Shown: positions 50,363 to 60,291 of the stretch, one piece after another
How the letters are laid out: every line of letters starts with the position of its first letter
Position numbering within the stretch: the first letter of the stretch is position 1
Origin: Candidatus Coprenecus sp.
Lineage (GTDB): Bacteria > Bacteroidota > Bacteroidia > Bacteroidales > UBA932
DNA: 64,000 bases
Assembly: GCA_045595965.1 (NCBI GenBank)
Contig: JAZOBN010000008.1
Coordinates: 86,998-150,997, forward strand
Direction: 5' to 3'
The notes under the pieces: model-generated
Told to the model about the DNA's origin: nothing
What the model saw: the letters and a program-made list of their open reading frames with translations, nothing else
The model's database searches: none
Position numbers and translations under genes: made by a program

Positions 50363-50932
50363 ATGAGCACAAAAATTCGGACAACACTTCTGATCTTAGC
50401 ATTTCTCCTCCTTTCGGCTGCCCTTTATGGGAAGGGGAACAACAATGTCGCCATAGGTTCCAACCTTATGGGATATCTCAATTTTGCCACATTTAATGGG
50501 GATTTAGGAATCGGGATAAGCAGGCATTGGAGTATCCATCTCAATGGGAAATACAACCCTTTCAACTGGCACACCGCAAATCAATATCTTCAGAACAAAC
50601 AACTCTCATTTGCCTGTGGTGCCAGATATTGGAATTGGTATCAGTTTTCGGGATGGTATTGGGGAGGAAAGGTAAGGTACTGCATATACAATAGCGGTGG
50701 GATTATTTCCCCAAGGACGGAGGAGGGGGATGCTTTGGGAGGAAGTTTGGAGTTCGGTTATCAACTTCTCCTCTCAAGACATATTAATATGGAGTTCGGT
50801 GCGGGAATCTGGGGTGGTTGGAAAAAATACAGACATTACGATGCTCCCAGATGCGGAAAGTTCATCGGCCAAGGGGAGAAATTTTTCATTGCCCCAGACA
50901 ACATTTCAATATCGGTAATATATAATTTCTAA
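50363..50932 (+). CDS. DUF3575-family outer-membrane beta-barrel-like protein
   Basis: I use ATG 50363, which gives the signal peptide MSTKIRTTLLILAFLLLSAALYG. Alternating aromatic/Gly beta-strand pattern, ending in a C-terminal Phe (...SISVIYNF). Confidence 0.7.
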   Translation: MSTKIRTTLLILAFLLLSAALYGKGNNNVAIGSNLMGYLNFATFNGDLGIGISRHWSIHLNGKYNPFNWHTANQYLQNKQLSFACGARYWNWYQFSGWYWGGKVRYCIYNSGGIISPRTEEGDALGGSLEFGYQLLLSRHINMEFGAGIWGGWKKYRHYDAPRCGKFIGQGEKFFIAPDNISISVIYNF

Positions 50933-50942
50933 CAAATCAGGT

Positions 50943-52850
50943 ATGACACGAGAATGTATTATGGTTATTGCTGCCCTTATTGTCATAAGCTGCAGCACCA
51001 CTAAAAAAATTGAGGCTATCCGCTCTTCAGGGGTAAAACCCGAAATTGCAGTCTCTGACGGCTTTGATAAAGAGACAGAAACCAGAATTATGACATCGGA
51101 ATACTCTGACACCCTGACTGTCACCGGGCTGGATGGAGAGAGGCTGAATTTGATGAAGACAGTCACAGATTCTGCCGGAAACACCTATGCACATGAATCT
51201 CTCGATGGTGTGGTGGTAACTGCAAGATTTAAGAATATCGCCGAAAGGGGTGGCAAAATAGATCTGTCATTCAACATAACTATACCAAAGTCTCTGCAAG
51301 ATCCCTCCTGGCAACTCAGATTTACCCCAAGGATGAAAATTCTGGAGGATACAATCGATCTGGAGTGCATATATGTCACCGGCAATGAATACCATTTGAG
51401 CCAAAAGAGAGGATATGACCTCTACTCCCGTTTTCTCTCATCAATAATAACAGACAGCACGCTCCTCAGATACAGCCATCTGATTGAGATTTTCTCGAAA
51501 AGGAACTTGTCAGAAACCTCAGAGATCTCACTGCAGGAGATCCTCAACCATTACCGCAAATCTGGAAAAATATCATTGAACAACCACCGTCAAAGCAAGA
51601 GTGAAAAAATGTACAAGAAAATGGTCAGGAACCCGTACACGACAGATATCATCAGGCTTGACACAGTGTTGGCCACCTCATCAGACATTGTTTACTGCTA
51701 CACCCAGACAATCCGGGCAAAGGCAAATCTCAAGAAGGTGGATGTAGCTATAAGAGGGGGTGTTTACAAGGATGGGGAGAGACTTTACATGATCCCAGAC
51801 AGCAAACCCATCACTTTCTACATCTCAAGTGTATCCTCATTTGCCGAAGATATTACCAGATATGTAAAACAGGTGGTTGAAAGGAGGGTACAGGCTAACA
51901 CACAGGCCTATATCGATTTTGAACAGGGGAGATCTGTCATCAACCCATTACTATATGAAAACGAGCACGAACTCTGGAGGATTTCGGAAAACATTGCAAG
52001 TTTTCTGAATAATGACACCTACGACATTGACAGCCTTATCATCACTGCCTCATGTTCTCCAGAGGGGAATTATCTCCTTAACAAGCAACTCGCTTATGAA
52101 CGGGCTATTTCCATCAGAGATTACTTCAAGGAATATGCCCGAAGATATGCCGATTCATTGAACAGAACAAACAACAGCACAATAACTATTGACTTGGAGA
52201 GAGGTCGAGACAACGGAGAGAAGATTCCCAGAATTGTCCCAGATTTCTCGTTCAAAATCAAATCGATAGCAGAGAATTGGGAGAAGCTCAAAGATATGGT
52301 GGCCAATGACTCTCTTGTGAAAGAGAAAGAGAGGATACTTGCAATTATTGATGATGATATCCCATACGACAGGAAGGAGTATCTATTGAGGCAATGTGAT
52401 GACTATGAGTATATCAGATCGGTGTTATACCCATATCTCAGGAGTGTCAGGTTTGATTTCCACCTCCATCGCAAAGGGATGGTAAAAGACACCATACACA
52501 CCACAACCGTAGATAAAGTTTACACATCAGGAGTTCTGGCACTCAAAGAGAGGGAGTACAAAAAGGCCCTTGATATACTCAAACCTTATAAAGACATAAA
52601 TACAGCTATCGCCTATCTGAGTCTCGACTACAACGCATCTGCCAAAGCAATCCTTGAAGGGCTTGAAGAATCGGCGAAGAGGGACTATATGCTGGCATTG
52701 GTTCATGCCAGGACAGGGGATGAACAGAGAGCTGTACAATTCTACCTCAACAGTATCGGAAAAGATCCGGCAATGAGATTCAGAGGGAACCTAGACCCGG
52801 AAATCAGCGCATTATCTAAAAAATACAATATTAACGGTTACATAAATTAA
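50943..52850 (+). CDS. Lipoprotein with DUF3868-like N-terminal region, OmpA-like segment and TPR-like C-terminus
   Basis: Lipobox IVISCS. VVVTARFKNIAERGGKIDLSFNITIP resembles DUF3868. LIITASCSPEGNYLLNKQLAYERAISIRDYF resembles the OmpA_C peptidoglycan-binding core. Confidence 0.6.
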   Translation: MTRECIMVIAALIVISCSTTKKIEAIRSSGVKPEIAVSDGFDKETETRIMTSEYSDTLTVTGLDGERLNLMKTVTDSAGNTYAHESLDGVVVTARFKNIAERGGKIDLSFNITIPKSLQDPSWQLRFTPRMKILEDTIDLECIYVTGNEYHLSQKRGYDLYSRFLSSIITDSTLLRYSHLIEIFSKRNLSETSEISLQEILNHYRKSGKISLNNHRQSKSEKMYKKMVRNPYTTDIIRLDTVLATSSDIVYCYTQTIRAKANLKKVDVAIRGGVYKDGERLYMIPDSKPITFYISSVSSFAEDITRYVKQVVERRVQANTQAYIDFEQGRSVINPLLYENEHELWRISENIASFLNNDTYDIDSLIITASCSPEGNYLLNKQLAYERAISIRDYFKEYARRYADSLNRTNNSTITIDLERGRDNGEKIPRIVPDFSFKIKSIAENWEKLKDMVANDSLVKEKERILAIIDDDIPYDRKEYLLRQCDDYEYIRSVLYPYLRSVRFDFHLHRKGMVKDTIHTTTVDKVYTSGVLALKEREYKKALDILKPYKDINTAIAYLSLDYNASAKAILEGLEESAKRDYMLALVHARTGDEQRAVQFYLNSIGKDPAMRFRGNLDPEISALSKKYNINGYIN

Positions 52851-52855
52851 ACATC

Positions 52856-53908
52856 ATGAAAATCAACAAATTATGCAGCACATTGTTTTGTGTTGCCGTC
52901 ATTGCTGCATCCTGCAGCAAACCAGATTGCCCCTGCGACAGTAATGAGAATCAGAGTGCTGTACTATCTCTGAATATTGATTCTGAGATAACAAAAAGCA
53001 CTGTAGTACAGAGTTCTGCAGAGGAGAATAAAATAAACAGTGTAGATATATTCATCTTCCGAAACACATCCCCCACTTCTGAAGATTACCAGAAGCTGGA
53101 GACCTACAAAAGGGTCATATCACCCCAGAACGGCTCTGTAGAGGTATCTACCACAACGGGGCCAAAAACTATATGTGTATTGATAAATGATCACGGTTCC
53201 AATTTTACCGGAGTCACAACTCTGGAGAAGTTCAGGAAGATTGTAACAAAACTGCAGAGTGAAAAGCTCTCTGGCTTTACAATGTATGGAGAGGCCAACG
53301 CCACACTCGGAACCGAATCATCTGTAGCTATTACCGTACAGAGATTCATCTCGAAAATTGAACTCAAATCGGTAAGTACAAAGTTCTCAGGAACCCCATA
53401 CAGCGGTATGTCTCTGACCAACTGCAAATTGTTCCTGGTAAATGCCCATGGGGATAAAATTGTCTACAACAACACCCCTACCGCTAACCCAACCATTATG
53501 AATTACAAAAAACTTGTCGGAGAGGATGTAAATGGTTGTGCTGAAGAGGAACTTCTGGCAGAGATTCTCTCTGTTGGAATTACAGACGTACCTATTACTA
53601 CATCACACTGTTTCTATACATATTCCAATATCACCGACAATATTGAGGAATCGACCAAGCTTGTCCTTCAGGGTGACCTCGATGGTGTAACATACTACTA
53701 CCCTATCCCCATCAATCAGAAAGGGTACGGTCTGGATGATAGCGGCACGGATGGAGGTGTGGGGAGAAATACCCACTACAGTTATGGGATAGTTGTCACC
53801 AGACCCGGATCCCTTGATCCTAACATACCTCTTATCCCCGGAACACTGGAACTCTCTTTAAGTGTGACCGACTGGGTAGTAGTACCGACATTTGAAAAAA
53901 CATTTTAA
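52856..53908 (+). CDS. Fimbrillin-like (FimA/Mfa1 superfamily, type V pilin fold) lipoprotein
   Basis: Lipobox IAASCS. Typical fimbrillin patterns are INSVDIFIF, RFISKIELKS, YYYPIPIN and GRNTHYSYGIVVTRPGS. Confidence 0.65.
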   Translation: MKINKLCSTLFCVAVIAASCSKPDCPCDSNENQSAVLSLNIDSEITKSTVVQSSAEENKINSVDIFIFRNTSPTSEDYQKLETYKRVISPQNGSVEVSTTTGPKTICVLINDHGSNFTGVTTLEKFRKIVTKLQSEKLSGFTMYGEANATLGTESSVAITVQRFISKIELKSVSTKFSGTPYSGMSLTNCKLFLVNAHGDKIVYNNTPTANPTIMNYKKLVGEDVNGCAEEELLAEILSVGITDVPITTSHCFYTYSNITDNIEESTKLVLQGDLDGVTYYYPIPINQKGYGLDDSGTDGGVGRNTHYSYGIVVTRPGSLDPNIPLIPGTLELSLSVTDWVVVPTFEKTF

Positions 53909-53913
53909 CCATT

Positions 53914-54690
53914 ATGAAATACCTGTTGTTCACAGCAACTGCCATCTCACTTCTCCTCTCATCCTGTTCGATTAAAGAGCAAAGGGATCAGTGTCCCACA
54001 TGGATAACATTTGATTTCAGAGGTGACTCGACAAGGGTTTGGAATATCCATTACATTCTGGGATATGGGAATGGTGCAGTAATCCACGACACCATCCCCT
54101 CTGAACACACAGACTCCCTTTATGAGATTGCAGTCCCCAGAGGGGAGGTAAATATTGGGATATTCGCCAATATCAGATCCATGCTCTACGCCAACGGTTT
54201 TGTCACACCTGCCGGCAATTGTGCTGATACACTTTACACCCAATTTACAAATACTTCATTCATGAATGATTATGACACATTGGAAGTATCTCTGCACAAG
54301 GACTATATAGCTACATACATAAAGGTCATGGAGTACCCGCCTGAACGTGGTATGGAGTTGAAAATCACCTCTTCATCCATTGGAAGGGAACTGGATGGCA
54401 GTATCATATCCGGGAATTTCATCCACTCTCCATCACCCTATCACACTCCTACAACAGAAGAGCCATATTACTGTTATTACTCCCAGATTACCCGACAGGG
54501 GAAAAATGACCTCACACTCAATTTGTCTGGATTTACCATTGAGATGGAGGGGATCCTTCAGGAAAATGGCATTGATATGGATGCCCCATCTCTCAAAGAC
54601 CTCTACCTAACCATTGATTATTCAAAACTTACACTCACAATATCTGTAAAGGGTTTTGAGAGCAAAGAGTATATCGAAATCATATTATAA
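53914..54690 (+). CDS. FimB/Mfa2-like (pilus anchor-type) lipoprotein
   Basis: Lipobox LLSSCS followed by DQCPTWITFDF, the Cys-Pro plus beta-strand start typical of FimB/Mfa2-family proteins. Short, at 258 aa. Confidence 0.55.
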   Translation: MKYLLFTATAISLLLSSCSIKEQRDQCPTWITFDFRGDSTRVWNIHYILGYGNGAVIHDTIPSEHTDSLYEIAVPRGEVNIGIFANIRSMLYANGFVTPAGNCADTLYTQFTNTSFMNDYDTLEVSLHKDYIATYIKVMEYPPERGMELKITSSSIGRELDGSIISGNFIHSPSPYHTPTTEEPYYCYYSQITRQGKNDLTLNLSGFTIEMEGILQENGIDMDAPSLKDLYLTIDYSKLTLTISVKGFESKEYIEIIL

Positions 54691-54699
54691 ACTGATCAC

Positions 54700-57690
54700 A
54701 TGAAAAGACTTATATTAGGAATAACACTCCTTTGCACAGCATTGGCAGGATGCAAGAAAACTTCTCCAATGGAGGGAAATTCAACCATCACTTTCAGGCT
54801 CGAATACGACTCCCTCACCACCAGGACGGGATCAGAAGCAAAGATTGATGAGATCGAAGATCTGAACATCTTCCTATATGATACAAAGGGAAAACTCTCA
54901 TTCTACAAATACATTGACAATATTGAAGAGGTGGTGAAGATGGAGATCTATACCGATAAGGAGTACTCGGTATATGCTTTAGCCAACACCGGAGAGATTT
55001 CAGACCTCTCATCGATAGTAGATGAAGAGTTGATAAACAAACTGAACCATAAATTCGAAAAAAAGGAATTTGACAGCGGTGGATTGAAGAAGATTCCAAT
55101 GAGTGGTCATCTCCCCCTCAAACGGATCTCCAAAGGGGAAACACTTACAATTCCACTCACCCGCCTTGTCTCCAAATTCAGGGTAATTATAGATAAGTCC
55201 TCATTGAGTGAGGATGTCTCACTATTTGAGATAAAGGAGGTTGCTATCAAAAATGTAAACAGTTGTGTAGGATACTTCAGAAACAGCAGAGGGGAGACAT
55301 TGGAGAACATAATCCCCTCTGGAGAGGTTAAAAAGGGTGAGTTGCTCTCATCGGTCACCTCAACGGGTGTCGATTTTCTGATCCCCGAAAACATGCAAGG
55401 TGATCTCCTCCCATCCAATGTAGATGAAACTACACATATACCGCCAGGAGAACTCGCCGACCTTGCTACATATCTTCAGATTACTGTCGGATACAAGAGC
55501 AAAAAGCACTATGATAACGACCTTATCTACCGCTACTACCTCCACAACGGGAGACGGCTTGACAATTTCGACATAGAGAGAAACTACATGTATCTGTGCC
55601 GTACATCTTTTACAGTAGAGGGGCTTGAGGAGAACAGTTGGAGAATTGACAAATCATCTCTAAAAAAATATGTCACAGCAATATCTATTTCTCCGCAAGA
55701 ACATAAGTTCACAGCAATTGGTGACAATCTCCTTCTCACCCCTACCATTGAACCTGCTGATGCCTATAACAACTCATTGGAATGGGAATCGACCGATCCA
55801 TCTGTTGCCACCGTTTCCGATAATGGGACTGTAACCTCTACAGGAGATGGAGAATGTATCATCAAGGCAACTGCCAAAGATGGATCTGGGGTAAGCTGCG
55901 AGGTAAAGATCGTGGTTGACAGTTACATATTCCCGACATCGGTAGAGATTATCCCCTCTACACTTGAACTGTTTGAAGGGCAATCTGCTGCACTTGAGGC
56001 GAAAGTACTTCCCGAAAATGCAAACAACAAAAGGGTTATATGGTCATCAGGCAACAAGGATATTGCGACAATCTCTTCAGATGGGACAATCTTTGCTATC
56101 TCTGCCGGAAGTTGCACCATCTCTGCCACTACTGTAGATAAAGGTCTTGTTGCATACGGAGAAATAAAAGTAAGAGAGATGGATTTTTCTATTGATGAAA
56201 TACCCGATATTTTATACCCCAACTACAATACTCCATTCTCAATTTCCTACACTGCAAATCCTGCAGGAACCCCCATATATTCACTTGAAAAGATCTCTGG
56301 AGATGAGGCTCTTCAATTGAATGGCAATTATCTGACTGCACACAATCCAGTCGGTAGAAAATCGGGAGAAATTGCCAGGTACAAAGTAAAAGGGGAACTC
56401 AACTCCATTACTAAAGAGATAGAGACAACGGTAAGTGTCGGTGAAATATCTCTTACACCCCCTCTACAGCTCTATGTAGGGATAAAAGAACAAATTGCTC
56501 TCTCCTCATACTCCCCATCCGATGCTGATATTACATGGAGCAGCAGCGATGTGGATAAAGCAACTATCTCCTCTGATGGTACCATACATCCACTTTCCGA
56601 AGGGAATATCAAAATCAGGGCAACACTCCAGACCACAGGGTATGACGAAGTTGATTGCAACATTCTCTCCCCCACTATTTATTCAGACAATTATATCACT
56701 ATATATCAAGGAGTTGAACAAAAGATAAACTACTCTACAACACCAATTCAAGCCCACGACATGTTCTCCTGGAGCGTAGTTGGCGGAGATGAATACATCT
56801 CCATATCTGAAGACGGAACTATATGTGGAGAGAAGCCTACCGAGTGGTACGATGTCCTTATCCGTGGCCAGTATATCCACTCTCCATCCATATACAAGGA
56901 GATATGGGTGAGGGTACTCCCTGCACTAACTATCTCTTCATCTGGGAAATCACTCGCCAATATCAATTTCACCCTTGACAGAGATATTCCGGGGATTCCG
57001 ACAACATTAACCCTTGATATCGAGAACCATTTGGGAAGTGGTGTAGAGTGGATGTTTTACGATTCCAATCATCAGAATATAAACCAGTCGAACCAATTTC
57101 ACATATCCCCATCAGGGGTTCTCACAGCACTCAACAGCACATCTGGCAGATACTATATCAAGGCAAAATCGGGAGAGTATTACTCAAATGAAATAGAGAT
57201 TGATGTCTATCTATACCTTGAATACCAGGTGGGGATTGAGCCGGGTAAAATACCCCATACAGATGTCAATCCCATCGAAGGGAAGTTGAAGATATCCTAT
57301 TCACTCTTCAGCCAATGGCACCCATACAGCTGGTCGAGAATTGAAGATGGAGGGCTTGAAGATCTTCTGACAAAACTCGACAAGTACAAATGTATAAATG
57401 GGGAAAATGATGGATCAAGACACTACATAAGCAAGAATCACAACGAGATAAATCAGATATCTTCGCTGATCAATATCAATACCACCTACAACCCCGACTT
57501 GACACCCAACCCAGAATACGACATCTTCACATACATCCCCGCGCAAAGTTACCTGATCAGCCCCACCACAGGGGATATCTATGACGGGCTCCATGGGATG
57601 TTCATTCATATCAATGAAACCGAAAAAAATGCCCTGCTCTACATCAGGCAAAGCAGTGTCCTGTTCAATATATCTGGAGGGGGGGTGTAA
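54700..57690 (+). CDS. Large surface lipoprotein with DUF4906/fimbrillin-like N-terminal module followed by several Big_2 Ig-like domains and an uncharacterised C-terminal region
   Basis: Lipobox ALAGCK. The N-terminal part carries LNIFLYD, PMSGHL, RLVSKFRV, IPENMQG, YRYYL and FDIERNYMY. The Big_2-like repeats include EWESTDPSVATVSDNGTVTSTGDGECIIKA, IWSSGNKDIATISSDGTIFAISAGSCTISA and TWSSSDVDKATISSDGTIHPLSEGNIKIRA. Confidence 0.7.
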   Translation: MKRLILGITLLCTALAGCKKTSPMEGNSTITFRLEYDSLTTRTGSEAKIDEIEDLNIFLYDTKGKLSFYKYIDNIEEVVKMEIYTDKEYSVYALANTGEISDLSSIVDEELINKLNHKFEKKEFDSGGLKKIPMSGHLPLKRISKGETLTIPLTRLVSKFRVIIDKSSLSEDVSLFEIKEVAIKNVNSCVGYFRNSRGETLENIIPSGEVKKGELLSSVTSTGVDFLIPENMQGDLLPSNVDETTHIPPGELADLATYLQITVGYKSKKHYDNDLIYRYYLHNGRRLDNFDIERNYMYLCRTSFTVEGLEENSWRIDKSSLKKYVTAISISPQEHKFTAIGDNLLLTPTIEPADAYNNSLEWESTDPSVATVSDNGTVTSTGDGECIIKATAKDGSGVSCEVKIVVDSYIFPTSVEIIPSTLELFEGQSAALEAKVLPENANNKRVIWSSGNKDIATISSDGTIFAISAGSCTISATTVDKGLVAYGEIKVREMDFSIDEIPDILYPNYNTPFSISYTANPAGTPIYSLEKISGDEALQLNGNYLTAHNPVGRKSGEIARYKVKGELNSITKEIETTVSVGEISLTPPLQLYVGIKEQIALSSYSPSDADITWSSSDVDKATISSDGTIHPLSEGNIKIRATLQTTGYDEVDCNILSPTIYSDNYITIYQGVEQKINYSTTPIQAHDMFSWSVVGGDEYISISEDGTICGEKPTEWYDVLIRGQYIHSPSIYKEIWVRVLPALTISSSGKSLANINFTLDRDIPGIPTTLTLDIENHLGSGVEWMFYDSNHQNINQSNQFHISPSGVLTALNSTSGRYYIKAKSGEYYSNEIEIDVYLYLEYQVGIEPGKIPHTDVNPIEGKLKISYSLFSQWHPYSWSRIEDGGLEDLLTKLDKYKCINGENDGSRHYISKNHNEINQISSLININTTYNPDLTPNPEYDIFTYIPAQSYLISPTTGDIYDGLHGMFIHINETEKNALLYIRQSSVLFNISGGGV

Positions 57691-57696
57691 TATCAA

Positions 57697-58506
57697 TCAG
57701 TACTCCGACTTTAAGGGTCTGAATACGATTCTGAAGTTGGAGTACTTCTCCTTTTTATACCCTTTCGATTCTATCGTCAATATCACCACCTCCCCATCGG
57801 GCGAAGGTTCAGAGACAAGGGCATAATTCTCCATCTTCATCCCTTTCAGATGTAACAAATTGGGAGATTCATATATTGAGGAGAGATACCAGTTCCAGAT
57901 ATCTGACTCAAACCACCCTTTATCATATTCGGTAAACTTAGTAAATAGGGTACCGTCATATTCTGGAGAAGAATTGGGGAGTATCGAGCCCACAAGTGAA
58001 ATATTCAGCACCGTCATAGATTTGAAATCACCTTCGGGGATAAAACCGCATATCTCAATCTTGATGGTATCTGCATCTACATGCACATCAAACTCCCGTG
58101 TATCATTGTAGGTCTCAATCATAGGAAAATAGAGATCTGAACCGTTCACCTTCAGATGGAGACCTGTATGGCTATATCTCATGGAGATAAATCGGCACCT
58201 CCGCTCCTGATCTCCGTAAGAGGCGACTACTTCCCCCTCCCCCTCTTTTATATACTCCAAAAAATACCTTTTTCCATCGGCAGAACTCTTTCCCCTCACA
58301 ATCCCCGAAGGTATAACCTCCCACTCCAGCTCATCCGGAATCTTCCCCCCTGATACCGCAACGCTTCCTGGAATATCTGATGATACGGTAACCTCCTTAT
58401 GGTCAAGATTCCATATATACTCCACATCTGTTCTGAATACATTTTCAATCCATGAACATCCCCCAAGAATCAGGGTAAATAGGGAAGCAGAAACAAGTTT
58501 TCTCAT
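57697..58506 (-). CDS. Hypothetical lipoprotein
   Basis: I use ATG 58506, which gives MRKLVSASLFTLILGGCS (lipobox). No family recognised. The N-terminal about 90 aa look Ig-like. Confidence 0.6.
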   Translation of the reverse strand: MRKLVSASLFTLILGGCSWIENVFRTDVEYIWNLDHKEVTVSSDIPGSVAVSGGKIPDELEWEVIPSGIVRGKSSADGKRYFLEYIKEGEGEVVASYGDQERRCRFISMRYSHTGLHLKVNGSDLYFPMIETYNDTREFDVHVDADTIKIEICGFIPEGDFKSMTVLNISLVGSILPNSSPEYDGTLFTKFTEYDKGWFESDIWNWYLSSIYESPNLLHLKGMKMENYALVSEPSPDGEVVILTIESKGYKKEKYSNFRIVFRPLKSEY

Positions 58507-58584
58507 ATCACTAATATTTGTTTTTTCTACACAAATATAGAATAACATGAAAGCAAGAATCGTATTTTAGACGAGTATAAACGG

Positions 58585-59256
58585 TTATAGACGGATATAA
58601 CTGATTCGTTCTGTGGTAAGGAGTTCCATATCCTCATTGTATGTATCGTGACGTATCATCCCATACCCTCTCGAATACCAGGTATCGGCAACAGTCCGTC
58701 TGTTACGTCCCATCCCTTTTTCCACTTTTCTCTCCCTCACCACCACACAATCAAAAGTACCGACAGATGTCTCAAGCGTCTCAAATCTCAGCACTCTCCT
58801 CTGGGTTACAGATATTTTCATCTTCATCCCAAGTGCCCTGACTGTGCAGAATGCATCGGCAAGGGTATCTCCAGCCTCCATATCATCAGGAAGATATGAG
58901 TTGTCCCCGTCACTCTCCACTTTTGTATTCTCTCCAAGTATAGAGTGGAAAATTGCACCCATCGATTCGGCTACATTGATTCCTACCCCTGCACTATCAA
59001 CAAAGGCTTTCATCTTAGGAACATTCTTTGTATAGGGTTTGTTTTTTGAATTGAACAACTGGGAAGAATATATAATGCTGTCCGGGGTTACTTTATGAAT
59101 CTTCATCTCATGATACCATTTCACTTTTCCGTCGTTCTCTGTTCGGGTATACTTCAGGACCATCCCCTCTTTTGTACCGAAATATGGCTCCTGTCCGTTT
59201 GACACAAATGGTACCAAAAGGAGGAAAAGGGAGAGGATTCTTTTTAAGAGTTTCAT
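58585..59256 (-). CDS. Hypothetical secreted protein
   Basis: I use ATG 59256, which gives the signal peptide MKLLKRILSLFLLLVPFVSNGQ. This removes the overlap with pdxB (1-nt gap). No family recognised. Confidence 0.6.
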   Translation of the reverse strand: MKLLKRILSLFLLLVPFVSNGQEPYFGTKEGMVLKYTRTENDGKVKWYHEMKIHKVTPDSIIYSSQLFNSKNKPYTKNVPKMKAFVDSAGVGINVAESMGAIFHSILGENTKVESDGDNSYLPDDMEAGDTLADAFCTVRALGMKMKISVTQRRVLRFETLETSVGTFDCVVVRERKVEKGMGRNRRTVADTWYSRGYGMIRHDTYNEDMELLTTERISYIRL

Positions 59257-59257
59257 A

Positions 59258-60289
59258 TTATTTCCAAACAAATTCTCTTCTGTAAACATACTCAGACCTT
59301 ATTTTCTCAAAATCGGAGGGTGTACACCTCAGACTCTTGTCAAGTTCGTAAATAGGGAAGATTTTCAAAAATTGTGCAGCTATCTCATCTTGGGTCATCT
59401 CCCTTGAAATATCAAGTTTAGGAGCAGGTGTGTGTTCCGGGACAAAATCTTTGAGTTCATCTATCCCGAAATGGTGAGCAAGTGCCTGAACAACCATAGA
59501 AGTTCCGTTGATCTTACCTTCATAGGAGTACCCAGCTATATGTGGTGTTGCAATATCTGCCATCTCTATTAAAGCATCAGATATTGACGATGGCTCTCCC
59601 CTCCAAACATCGAGTATAATAGCCGCCAACTTTTCCCTGGCCTCCATCAGAGCCTCTTCCACTACCACCTCTCCCCTGGATGCATTGACAAATATTGCAC
59701 CATTTTTCATTTTTCTGAAAAATGCATCATCAGCCAGCCCATCTGTCGCATGGTCAAGAGGTACATGGAGCGTTACAATATCGGATTGCTCCAGCAGATA
59801 ATCCAACGGAGAGTATATCGACTTGTCTGCTGCACAAGCCTCTTTCGGAGGGTCATTTCTCAAGACTCTGAAACCCAGAAACTCTCCCAATTCTGCCACC
59901 TTTCCTCCTGTATTTCCTACCCCTATCACCCCCAGAGTCCTCCCCTTCAGAGGGATATTTTTGGCAGTGGCAACAGAGAAAAGAGCTGTATGGACATACT
60001 GCATGACACCACCGGCATTACATCCTGGTGCACTCGAAAATGCGATACCCCTTGATGAGAGATACCCCTTGTCAATGTGGTCTGTCCCTATTGTTGCAGA
60101 GGCGATGAAACTCACTTTGGTCCCCTCAAGAAGACTCTTGTTACAAACTGTCCTTGTCCTGACAAGGAGGGCATCCGCATCCCGGACAGCGGTAGAATCT
60201 ATCTCTTTTCCAGGAAGATAGAGCACCTCTGCATATGGTTCAAGCACACCTTGCAGGAAAGGGATATTCTTATCTGCTACAATTTTCAT
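59258..60289 (-). CDS. pdxB: 4-phosphoerythronate dehydrogenase
   Basis: 343 aa. MKIVADKNIPFL..., SATIGTDHID and SAPGCNA align well with PdxB. NAD motif GVIGVGNTG. Confidence 0.88.
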   Translation of the reverse strand: MKIVADKNIPFLQGVLEPYAEVLYLPGKEIDSTAVRDADALLVRTRTVCNKSLLEGTKVSFIASATIGTDHIDKGYLSSRGIAFSSAPGCNAGGVMQYVHTALFSVATAKNIPLKGRTLGVIGVGNTGGKVAELGEFLGFRVLRNDPPKEACAADKSIYSPLDYLLEQSDIVTLHVPLDHATDGLADDAFFRKMKNGAIFVNASRGEVVVEEALMEAREKLAAIILDVWRGEPSSISDALIEMADIATPHIAGYSYEGKINGTSMVVQALAHHFGIDELKDFVPEHTPAPKLDISREMTQDEIAAQFLKIFPIYELDKSLRCTPSDFEKIRSEYVYRREFVWK

Positions 60290-60291
60290 AT

